A DNA stretch of 32,000 nucleotides from an uncultured Actinomycetota bacterium (GTDB taxonomy: Bacteria > Actinomycetota > Actinomycetes > Mycobacteriales > Mycobacteriaceae). The stretch lies in the NCBI GenBank assembly GCA_963814505.1, contig CAWFDM010000020.1, positions 228,993 through 260,992 on the forward strand. Direction: 5' to 3'. Below, one piece after another: positions 8,574 through 16,068 of this stretch. Position 1 is the first letter of the stretch, and each line of letters opens with the position of its first letter. Both the position numbers and the translations under genes were made by a program. The notes below the pieces were generated by a model. That model did no database searches and was not told the DNA's origin. It saw only the letters and a program-made list of their open reading frames with translations.

Positions 8574-10271
8574 ACAACCAGGAATTGCGTGAGTGGCGTG
8601 GGGTGAAGCCGGTGGCCGCACCGTGCGGGGTAGCGATCAGTGCGCGGTTGCGTACCACCGCGGCCGATGAACCGGTGCTGGACGCGGTGGCCGCACATTT
8701 CGGACGGCTGCGCCGTGCCGACCTCACAGCGGTATGCCGTCTCGAACCAATTAGCTGCTGATCTGAGTCCTGATGAACGTCGACAGGTGCGCCGGGCTCG
8801 GCTTAACGCCCGTAAGAAGGCGTTGACCGCACAATCCTCGGCGCGGTGGGCCAATGCGATCATCACCGGCAACGATGACCAGTACCGGTTGTCCCGTGAC
8901 GCCCAGTACCGCCACATCGTAGGGTTGCGGGCGGCGATCACCACTATCGCGAAACGCCTGGCAGCCCCCACCACCGACACGCTCACAGCCAGTGAGCGCA
9001 AGGCCCGCCGAAAAGCCAAAGTAGCCCAAGGCTATGCGACTCAGCGCGAACGTTTCGCCAAGCAACAACGTCTACAGCAACTGCGTAGTGAGCTCGCCCG
9101 CGTGGAGGCTGATCGATCCGCACACCGGGTCCATGTGGTCGAGGGCGGGAAACGGCTCGCCCACACCCGCCACCACCTCGACGCCGCTGGTCTGACCACC
9201 GATGAGTGGCGTGAGAAGTGGGGGGCGTCGCGCTACCGCATCACCGCGAACGGTTCCCCCGACGAACCGTTCGGCAACCTCACGATCACCGTCACCCCGT
9301 CTGGCGAGGTGAGTCTGCGCCTGCCGAAACCGTTGGAACACCTGGCCAATGCCACCCGTGGCCGCTACGTGCTGTCGTGTCCAGCGGTGTTCACACATCG
9401 CGGGCACGAGTGGGTGCAACGGATCAGCGGCGGAAATTCGGTGTCCTACACCATTACCCACAAACCAGGGCGTTCCGGGCGATATCTCATCGCGGCGTGG
9501 GCGATCCCCGCGGTGCCATATTGGGTGGGCCGCGGCGACACAGCGGCTGGAGACGATGTCTATTCCACGGGCCCAGTGGTGGGAGTGGATCTCAACGACG
9601 GGCACCTGGCGGTGCGCCGGCTGGACGGTCATGGCAACCCCACTGGTCGTGCTGTGCGCATCGATATCGACCTCACTGGCAGCGCGTCACGCCGCGACGC
9701 TCAGGTGCGCCACGCCATCGCCCAGCTGATCGGTTACGCGCAGCAGTTGGGTATCGCTGCGATCGCGGTGGAAGACCTCGACTTCGCCGACGCCCGCACC
9801 GTCGGCCGTGAAACGATGGGCCGCGGCGCGCGTGGGAAACGGTTCCGCCGCACCGTGTCCGGCATGCCCACCGCCGTGTTCCGCAATCGACTAGCTGGCA
9901 TGTGCCACCGCGCGGGTATTGCCGTGTTCGCGGTCAATCCCGCCTACACCAGCACCTGGGGTGCGCAGCATTGGCAGCACCCCTATGAAAACGTCACCCG
10001 ACACCAGGCAGCAGCCACGGTGATCGGGCGTCGCGCCCAAGGCTTTAAGGCCCGGCGACGGAAAGGTGTGACACGCACGCGACCAGAGGATCGCGCCGTG
10101 AGAGCTACCAACCAGACCGGACCCGACAGCCCAACGGTGAACACCAGTAGCCGCCACCGGCCAGGGACACGGGGAACTAAATCCTGCGCACCCAACCGGG
10201 CAAGAATGCGACTACCGGGCCGGGCAACCGTTACCCCGGCAATGGCCAACAACGGCCAACTACGTTTGTAA
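8570..10271 (+). pseudogene. tnpB: TnpB-related IS607 accessory protein, interrupted by a frameshift near 8700-8760
   Basis: ATG 8570 is ATGA-coupled to tnpA and reads 'GVAISARLRTTAADEPVLDAVAAHFGRLRRADL' before stopping at 8761. The rest of the protein ('LSPDERRQVRRARLNARKKALT...GVDLNDGHLAV...IAVEDLDF...NPAYTSTWG..TRHQAAATVIGRRA') lies in another frame (track ORF 8640..10271). The total span of 1702 nt is not a multiple of 3. Confidence 0.75.
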
Positions 10272-10335
10272 CGGTTACCAACCCGCCGTTTGATGTGAGG
10301 GTCGGGAGCAGGGGCTTTGAACCCCGCCAATGCGG

Positions 10336-10379
10336 GGAAGTGCAGTATTCGGTTACTGGAAGTGCAGTAGACGATTACT
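10336..10379 (+). repeat. Tandem 22-bp repeat x2 (GGAAGTGCAGTAKWCGRTTACT) at the head of a conserved PE-gene leader
   Basis: 10336-10357 'ggaagtgcagtattcggttact' and 10358-10379 'ggaagtgcagtagacgattact'. The same tandem occurs in perfect form, inverted, at 14995-15038. Confidence 0.8.
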
Positions 10380-10479
10380 TAGTGCCGCGCCGCAGCGCCG
10401 CCAGACAATAAAGCTGTTCGCACGGGTGGAGGACCGCCGGGCTAGTGACAACCAGGGGCTTGCTGGTAGGTGGACGGAC

Positions 10480-10620
10480 ATGTCGTATGTGATCGCGGCG
10501 CCGCTTATGGATTTTGCGTGGTTGCCGCCCCAGATTAACTCGGCACGGATCTATGCGGGTGCGGGGACGGGGCCGCTGTTTATCGCGGCGTCGGGGGGGG
10601 TGGTGCGAGTCCGCATGTGA
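10480..10620 (+). pseudogene. PE/PPE deletion remnant: 8 PE codons fused in frame to a truncated PPE N-terminus
   Basis: The translation is 'MSYVIAAP' (PE start) + 'LMDFAWLPPQINSARIYAGAGTGPLFIAAS' (PPE N-terminal motif) + 'GGVVRVRM*'. A G8 run lies at 10593-10600, at the second junction. Confidence 0.7.
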
Positions 10621-10736
10621 CGCAGAATCGGCCCGGCACGGTGCCGCGGACCGCGTTCGGATAGGGCGGGGGTGATAGGTCGTTTGTGTTGGCAGTGAAC
10701 AGGATTGAGTGTGTTTCCAGTGAAGGGAGAAGTGTG

Positions 10737-11033
10737 GTGGCTACCCGGTTTATGACGGATCCGCATGCGATGCGGGCGATGGCGGGTCGATTTGAGGCGC
10801 ATGCGCAGACGGTGTCGGACGAAGCCCGCAAGATGTGGGCGTCCTCGCAGAACATCGCTGGCGCTGGCTGGAGCGGAACTGCCCAGGCGACGTCCTACGA
10901 CACGATGGATCAGATGAATCAGGCGTTCAACAACATCGTGAACATGCTGCACGGGGTGCGCGACGGGTTGATCCGCGACGCGAATAACTATGAGCAGCAA
11001 GAGCAAGCGTCGCAGCAGATTTTGAGCAGTTAG
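10737..11033 (+). CDS. WXG100 protein, EsxM/J/K/P/W (QILSS) subfamily
   Basis: GTG 10737 follows GAAGGGAGA. The 98-aa product '[26 protein letters not shown]...WSG...[16 protein letters not shown]' is close to the Mtb EsxM-type sequences as I recall them. Confidence 0.9.
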   Translation: MATRFMTDPHAMRAMAGRFEAHAQTVSDEARKMWASSQNIAGAGWSGTAQATSYDTMDQMNQAFNNIVNMLHGVRDGLIRDANNYEQQEQASQQILSS

Positions 11034-11054
11034 TGACTGTTAGGAGGTTTGGCG

Positions 11055-11339
11055 ATGACGATTAATTACCAGTTTGGCGATGTGGATGCCCATGGGGCCT
11101 TGATTCGGGCTCAGGCGGCGTCGTTGGAGGCCGAGCACCAGGCCATCGTTCGCGATGTGCTTGCTGCCGGCGACTTCTGGGGTGGTGCGGGGTCGGTGGC
11201 CTGCCAGGAGTTCATCACCCAGTTGGGTCGTAATTTTCAGGTGATCTATGAGCAGGCCAACGCTCATGGGCAAAAGGTGCAAACGGCCGGCAGCAACATG
11301 GCCAGCACGGATTCCGCGGTGGGCTCTAGCTGGGCCTAG
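11055..11339 (+). CDS. WXG100 protein, EsxN/I/L/O/V subfamily
   Basis: ATG 11055 lies 7 nt after AGGAGG. The 94-aa product 'MTINYQFGDVDAHGALIRAQAASLEAEHQAIVRDVLAAGDFWGGAGSVACQEF...' differs from my recollection of Mtb EsxN at only a few positions. Confidence 0.9.
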   Translation: MTINYQFGDVDAHGALIRAQAASLEAEHQAIVRDVLAAGDFWGGAGSVACQEFITQLGRNFQVIYEQANAHGQKVQTAGSNMASTDSAVGSSWA

Positions 11340-11351
11340 CCAGAAGTCACG

Positions 11352-11389
11352 GGCGGGTCTAACACGCGAAGGAGCGTGTTAGACCCGCC
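11352..11389 (+). terminator. Perfect 16-bp stem hairpin downstream of the esx pair (intrinsic-terminator-like, no U tract)
   Basis: ggcgggtctaacacgc (11352-11367), loop gaagga, gcgtgttagacccgcc (11374-11389). It starts 13 nt after the esxN-like stop. Confidence 0.6.
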
Positions 11390-11741
11390 TACGGCATGTC
11401 CACGCCGCAATACCGCACGGACACCTGCGAGAGGCGCCAGACCGCGTAGATAGACGAGACCTATTCGCGCGCAGCACAATACGATCCCAACCGGTGTTGG
11501 GTCCGGACGATCCAATTCGTCGCCGCATGATTCGCGGCGACTCAGCTCATCTGGCTTGTTGGGTCAGACCTGATCTGGTAGTTCACTCTTTAATTGCTGG
11601 ACTGCTGCCGACATCACACATTGAAGTGGTGGTCTACTTAGACACCGGATGGCCGGCAAGCATCTGTGGCGTTTATTGGTCGCGGCTAACAGCCCCGCCT
11701 ATGGTACGTGCAGTAGACCGAGGCGAGAGGTTGCAGCTGAA

Positions 11742-12221
11742 ATGCATAAATCGCGGTTGATAGGCGGTGTGCGCACGGCCCTTGTCGTAGTCGGCGCAGT
11801 GTTCGGGGTTACGCTGCTGACCGCTGGTGAGGCAACTGCCGACGACGCGTTCCAGTTGAAGAGCAGATTAGGCAATTTTTGTTTGGACGCCCCGGACGGG
11901 AACCTCTACACGCCGACGGTGATCAACCCTTGCGATGGGTCGCAATCCCAGCGCTGGCATTCCGCCGCAGGCTGGCAGATCGAAAACGTGGCCTTCCCCG
12001 ACGCGTGTCTGGGAAACGCGCCGTTTAGCCAATTGGTGTCCGTCGAGCCCTGTTATTTGCGCAGGCAGCTTTGGAGCATCCAGCCCGACGGCCAGGTCAG
12101 GAGTATTTATGGTAATCCCTGCCTCAGCGTTGACGGCAGTGTGGCGAATCCTGGGACTCAGGTGAGCATTGCCCTTTGCAGCGCCGATAACCCCGCTGAA
12201 GAATGGGATAGCGTTCCGTGA
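11742..12221 (+). CDS. Secreted ricin-type beta-trefoil lectin (Rv1419/sMTL-13-like)
   Basis: ATG 11742. The signal peptide is 'MHKSRLIGGVRTALVVVGAVFGVTLLTAGEATA'. 'QLKSRLGNFCLDAP' and QxW-type motifs (QRW, QLW, EEW) with paired cysteines are present. It closely parallels the Rv1419 sequence as I recall it. Confidence 0.85.
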   Translation: MHKSRLIGGVRTALVVVGAVFGVTLLTAGEATADDAFQLKSRLGNFCLDAPDGNLYTPTVINPCDGSQSQRWHSAAGWQIENVAFPDACLGNAPFSQLVSVEPCYLRRQLWSIQPDGQVRSIYGNPCLSVDGSVANPGTQVSIALCSADNPAEEWDSVP

Positions 12222-12306
12222 CCGCGCGGCGCAATCCGATCCCCTACTTGATCGTCGGACGAATCCGGAAACGATCAGGGGGAATCGAAATTGCGGTGAT
12301 GGCGCC

Positions 12307-14127
12307 GTGACCGAACAACCCGATGATCCGTCGCCACCGCCGAACTCTGGCGACGAGCGCCCGGGGAGCGTGAGCCGGCGGCACCTGCTCGGCGGCGCTG
12401 GCCTATTCGGTATCGGTGCAGCCGCGGGCGCCTTGGCCGCCACAGCGGCACACGGGCCCCGCGGCGGGCACCCGACCGACGACCGCCCCGCCACCCCGCG
12501 TGTTCCGGGCACAACTCGGCAACGCAGCGGCCCGTTGAACGTCATTCTCGTAATACGCGACCAAACGCGGTTCGACTTGCCAGTCGCCGCTGGTTACACG
12601 ACGCCGGCGCTCGATCGATTGGCGCGGCAAGGGACCACGTTCCGTAACCATTACGTCGCATCGGCGATGTGCACGCCGTCCCGCGCCGCTTTCTTCAGTG
12701 GGCATCCACCGCAAGTCAACGGAGTCTTTGATCAGATGGAGACTGGGTGGGTCCCCAACTTGCGACCCGACCAGCCCAATATGGGTTCGATGATGAAGAA
12801 GCTTGGCTTCCAGACCGCATTTTTCGGCAAATGGGAAATGGATCGCGAAATTATTCCCCCCAAGCCGACCGTCAATTATAGCGACGCGCTACAACCCTAC
12901 GGTTTCGATATCTATCAGCCTGATGGCGACAAGGTCGGCGCTCCCAATCAGGGCTACGACACCGATGTCTACACCGGCAGCGAGGGCGTTCGCTGGCTGC
13001 GCAGCAATGTGCCCAAGCTGCGTGAATCCGGCCAGCCGTTCTTCATGATCGTCAGCTACCTCAACCCGCACGACATCATGTACGCGGACGCCAATGTGCC
13101 GGGAACACCCCAAGCGCAAAAAGCTGTGTCGAACGACGCGATCGTCGCGCCGCCGAACAATTCGCTCTACAGCAAGCGCTGGAACACCGCTCCCTCACCG
13201 ACGCTGCAGGAATCCTTATCGGCTCCCGGAATGCCGGCGGCGCTGTCCGAATACCACGTCGGGTGGGAGCGAGTGCTTGGCGAAATTCCCACGAATCGCC
13301 CGGATATGTGGGAGCGATTTAATGACTATTACCTCAACCTTATTCAGGATACGGATCTGAGCCTGCGGCAACTGGAAGATGGCCTCGACGAGCTGGGGCT
13401 CTGGGAAGACACGGTCGTGATCTTCACAGCTGACCACGGCGAGATGGCCGGCGATCACGGGGGCATCCGGGGCAAGGGTCCGATGGCCTACGAAGGCAAC
13501 TCGCATGTTCCGCTGGTTGTTGTCCACCCCAATTATCCCGGTGGCCAATCAACCGAGGCCGTCACCAGCCACCTGGATCTGATGCCATCGCTACCCGGCC
13601 TCGCGGGCGTGTCCCAGGACAAGCGGCGCGAGGCTGTGCAGGGTTTGCCGGGTCACGACATTTCCAGCGTCCTGGCAACAGCAAAGACCGCCGGAGTGCA
13701 AGCCATACGCCCAGGTGCCCTGTTCAACTACGTTGGACCCCTTACCATTGATTCAGGCTACTGCGTGGCCGGCATGACAGAATTGCTCCAAAACAAACCG
13801 GCGCCGCCTTTGACCGACCTTCAAACAAAACTCGGGAAACGTGGATTCATGAGCTTCGTTTTCGACGGTCAGTACAAATTCGCGCGTTACTACGCGCCCG
13901 CTAATTTCAACACTCCCATAACTCTTGAACAAATCCTGCACGACAATGACATCCAGCTCTTTGATCTAAAAAGCGACCCGCTCGAGAAAAACAATCTGGC
14001 CGTTGATCCGGAAAAAAACAAGGATCTCATACTGCGCATGAACGCGTTACTCAACGAGCTTATGAGCAAAGAAGTCGGTAAGAACGACGGCAGCTTCCTG
14101 CCTGAAGCGATTCGCACCCGCCCTTGA
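12307..14127 (+). CDS. Tat-signal formylglycine-type sulfatase (arylsulfatase family)
   Basis: The twin-arginine signal is 'SRRHLLGGAGLFGIGAAAGALAATAA'. The sulfatase motif is 'CTPSRAAFFSG', and 'TADHGEMAGDHG' is also present. GTG 12307 was chosen as the start. The track start at 12169 would overlap the lectin gene by 53 bp. Confidence 0.85.
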   Translation: MTEQPDDPSPPPNSGDERPGSVSRRHLLGGAGLFGIGAAAGALAATAAHGPRGGHPTDDRPATPRVPGTTRQRSGPLNVILVIRDQTRFDLPVAAGYTTPALDRLARQGTTFRNHYVASAMCTPSRAAFFSGHPPQVNGVFDQMETGWVPNLRPDQPNMGSMMKKLGFQTAFFGKWEMDREIIPPKPTVNYSDALQPYGFDIYQPDGDKVGAPNQGYDTDVYTGSEGVRWLRSNVPKLRESGQPFFMIVSYLNPHDIMYADANVPGTPQAQKAVSNDAIVAPPNNSLYSKRWNTAPSPTLQESLSAPGMPAALSEYHVGWERVLGEIPTNRPDMWERFNDYYLNLIQDTDLSLRQLEDGLDELGLWEDTVVIFTADHGEMAGDHGGIRGKGPMAYEGNSHVPLVVVHPNYPGGQSTEAVTSHLDLMPSLPGLAGVSQDKRREAVQGLPGHDISSVLATAKTAGVQAIRPGALFNYVGPLTIDSGYCVAGMTELLQNKPAPPLTDLQTKLGKRGFMSFVFDGQYKFARYYAPANFNTPITLEQILHDNDIQLFDLKSDPLEKNNLAVDPEKNKDLILRMNALLNELMSKEVGKNDGSFLPEAIRTRP

Positions 14128-14304
14128 CGGGCCGGCGCAGGAGACGTCGACGCGGTGCAGGCGGCCATCGAGGCGCGCTTCGACGGGCTGACCGGCCCCG
14201 GCCAAGCGGACGTTGAACGCGGCGTCGGTGATCGGAGCCCACTTCTGGGCGGCGCTGCTGGCCGTGTTGGGCATCGATGCGGTGGTCGACGAGGGTTCGC
14301 TTTG

Positions 14305-14889
14305 TCAAGGAATGAGCGAACCCAACAGCTGAGCCAACAGCTGAGGGAGGACGCTTATCGAGATCCCAATTTCAACTAATGGAACGAATACGAAGAAAAA
14401 TGCAAAAAAAATGGCTACACCTATCAACGGAAGCAGCGGAGCCAACAAGCTTGTTAACCAATTTGCTAACATATTCTGAAAACCTGTCAACAAAGTGCTT
14501 AGCTGGCCCACGGCGGCGTTGAACAAGTTGACCAACTGGTCCCAGACGGCGCCGATACCGCTGCCAATCGAGCCGGCACTCGCAGCCAAGGGCTGCAACA
14601 GCGAGGCGTTGGCGGCCTCAGCGTGGGCAAACGAGCCCGCACTGGCAGTCAAGTGCTGCACAAACTGGTCCTGAAACGCCGCCGCGCGCCCGGCCAGCGC
14701 CTGATACTCCTGGGCGTGCGCCGAGAACAGGTGGGCGATACTGGCCGACACCTCATCGGCGGCCGCGGGCGGCACCGCGACGGTCCGGGCGGCCGCCACC
14801 GCGTGGGCGGCGCTGAGGTTCGAGCCGATGGTTGCCAAATCCGTTGCCGTCGAAGTCATTATCTCCGGCGCCGCGATCAGATACGACAT
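14305..14889 (-). CDS. PE family protein with C-terminal hydrophobic (TM-like) AT-rich tail
   Basis: The PE domain is 'MSYLIAAPEIMTSTATDLATIGSNLSAAHAVAAA...DEVSASIAHLFSAHAQEYQ'. The tail 'LLPLIGVAIFFAFFFVFVPLVEIGISISVLP' is encoded by atypically AT-rich codons at about 14355-14480. Confidence 0.85.
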   Translation of the reverse strand: MSYLIAAPEIMTSTATDLATIGSNLSAAHAVAAARTVAVPPAAADEVSASIAHLFSAHAQEYQALAGRAAAFQDQFVQHLTASAGSFAHAEAANASLLQPLAASAGSIGSGIGAVWDQLVNLFNAAVGQLSTLLTGFQNMLANWLTSLLAPLLPLIGVAIFFAFFFVFVPLVEIGISISVLPQLLAQLLGSLIP

Positions 14890-14994
14890 GTCCGTCCACC
14901 TCCTGGCAAGCCCCTGTTTGTCACGAGCCCCGGCGGTCCTCCACCCGTCAGAACAGGTTGGCTTATTGTCTGGCGGCGCTGCAGCGCGGCATTC

Positions 14995-15038
14995 AGTAAC
15001 CGACTACTGCACTTCCAGTAACCGACTACTGCACTTCC
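14995..15038 (-). repeat. Perfect tandem 22-bp repeat x2 upstream of the PE gene (inverted copy of 10336-10379)
   Basis: 'agtaaccgactactgcacttcc' occurs twice on the + strand (14995-15016 and 15017-15038). This is the reverse complement of GGAAGTGCAGTAGTCGGTTACT x2. Confidence 0.85.
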
Positions 15039-15126
15039 TCGCCACGCGGTGGGTAGCTTGCGTGGTCAGTCAACACCGCCACCACCTCCTCGCCGAGCGA
15101 CTCCCCCCCGCGGCGGGGGCCGCACG

Positions 15127-15155
15127 GTTTAGGACGCGCACAGCGCGTCCTAAAC
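15127..15155. repeat. Perfect 13-bp-arm palindrome (possible bidirectional terminator or protein site)
   Basis: gtttaggacgcgc (15127-15139), loop aca, gcgcgtcctaaac (15143-15155). Confidence 0.4.
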
Positions 15156-15398
15156 GAGTCTTGCATCCCTGTGCCAATCTGCCGTGCAGAAATCATGAGC
15201 CCGGGGCGTCTGAGCGATTATTAGTGAGATACCTTGTGGGGCTGCGGTTTTAGATGATACGGGAAGCAATGGAGTGGGACGATTGAAGATAAAGATTGTG
15301 AGAATGAGCAGAAATTAGGGGATCTGGGCGGTGAACACGGCAAGGCGCCGGTCGGTGAGGCCGGCCGCGGCAGCGCAGCGGCCGATTTCGCATGGGGC

Positions 15399-15686
15399 TC
15401 AGGCGATGCGTTCGATCGTGGCGAGTTTCGAGCCGATGTGCTCACGGGCGGTTTCGGCGTCGTAGTGAGTCTGCATGTTAATGAAGAACATGTCGCTCAA
15501 CCCTAGTGCGCGCGAGAGCCGCAGTGCGGTGTCGGCGCTGATGCCGCGCTTGCCGTGCACGATTTCGTTGATGCGACGAGGCGGTACGTCGATCGTCTTG
15601 GCGATCCGGTACTGCGAGATGCCGAGCGGGTCGAGGAATTCGGTCTTGAGGATCTCGCCGGGGTGGGTAGGTGCGAAGTCTGCCAT
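15399..15686 (-). CDS. higA: HigA-family HTH antitoxin
   Basis: ATG 15686. The 95-aa product reads 'MADFAPTHPGEILKTEFLDPLGISQYRIAKTIDVPPRRINEIVHGKRGISADTALRLSRALG', which is the HigA/XRE signature. GAAAGAG lies upstream. Confidence 0.85.
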   Translation of the reverse strand: MADFAPTHPGEILKTEFLDPLGISQYRIAKTIDVPPRRINEIVHGKRGISADTALRLSRALGLSDMFFINMQTHYDAETAREHIGSKLATIERIA

Positions 15687-15700
15687 GGGATTTCTCTTTC

Positions 15701-15981
15701 CTAGTGATTGTCGACGATTTCGACGTTGCCGGCGCCGTGCGCAGTCCAGGTAAAGCAGATGCGCCACTGGTCGTTGACGCGGCCGCCGTATTGGCCTGCG
15801 CGGCTCCCGGTCAGCTTCTCTAGTCGGTTGCCCGTGGGCACCCGTAGGTCGTTGATGCTCGCGGCGGCGTTGATGAGAACGAGCTTGTTGTATGCGAGCC
15901 TGCTGAGTTCCGGGCTGAGGTTCTTGATGTAGCGGCGCTGCCAGATCGCCTCGGTGTCTTGTCCCGGAACGAGCGGATCAC
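15701..15981 (-). pseudogene. higB: HigB (RelE-fold) toxin, inactivated by a 1-nt frameshift after codon ~8
   Basis: GTG 15981 reads 'VIRSFRDK' and then leaves the frame. The adjacent frame gives 'DTEAIWQRRYIKNLSPELSRLAYNKLVLINAAASINDLRVPTGNRLEKLTGSRAGQYGGRVNDQWRICFTWTAHGAGNVEIVDNH*', ending at 15701. The 281-nt span is not a multiple of 3. No in-frame start rescues the C-terminal part. Confidence 0.75.
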
Positions 15982-16068
15982 TCGGAAGTAGTCCCGGGGC
16001 GAATTACAGTGCACGTCAAAGTTGTCGTCAAGCGGCTCTGAGTAGCCTGCCGAAATCTGAGTTTTCCC

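Larger units (their letters stand above)
6790..10336 (+). mobile_element. IS607-family unit (tnpA + tnpB-related) with two tightly coupled upstream cargo ORFs; boundaries tentative
   Basis: Four + strand ORFs (7001, 7358, 7944, 8570) are separated by a 3-nt gap or by overlaps. GC content falls at about 6790-7000. On the right, homology to the second PE-leader copy begins at 10336. No terminal inverted repeats were seen, as expected for IS607-type elements. Confidence 0.45.

Noticed and set aside
8640-10271. Treating GTG 8640 as an independent start of an intact 543-aa TnpB-like protein.
   Set aside because: The first ~30 codons of that ORF look like out-of-frame read-through. The ATGA-coupled ORF at 8570 encodes a plausible conserved N-terminus in another frame. 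A frameshifted single gene explains the data better, although an N-terminally shortened product cannot be excluded.
12169-12306. The longest-ORF start (12169) for the sulfatase, and likewise 18867 for TetR, 3929 for PE_PGRS, 22312 for the hydroxylase and 11649 for the lectin.
   Set aside because: These extensions overlap upstream genes or add non-homologous leader peptides. The internal starts give canonical N-termini (Tat signal, TetR HTH spacing, PE 'MSFV', FAD motif, signal peptide) and better RBS context.
15160-15400. An AT-richer purine-rich stretch (15200-15330) and the 74-aa ORF 15221..15445. I considered a small gene or an sRNA.
   Set aside because: I found no RBS or start context, no motif, and no convincing promoter-terminator pair. 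It may be a relic of foreign DNA, but I cannot support a feature call.
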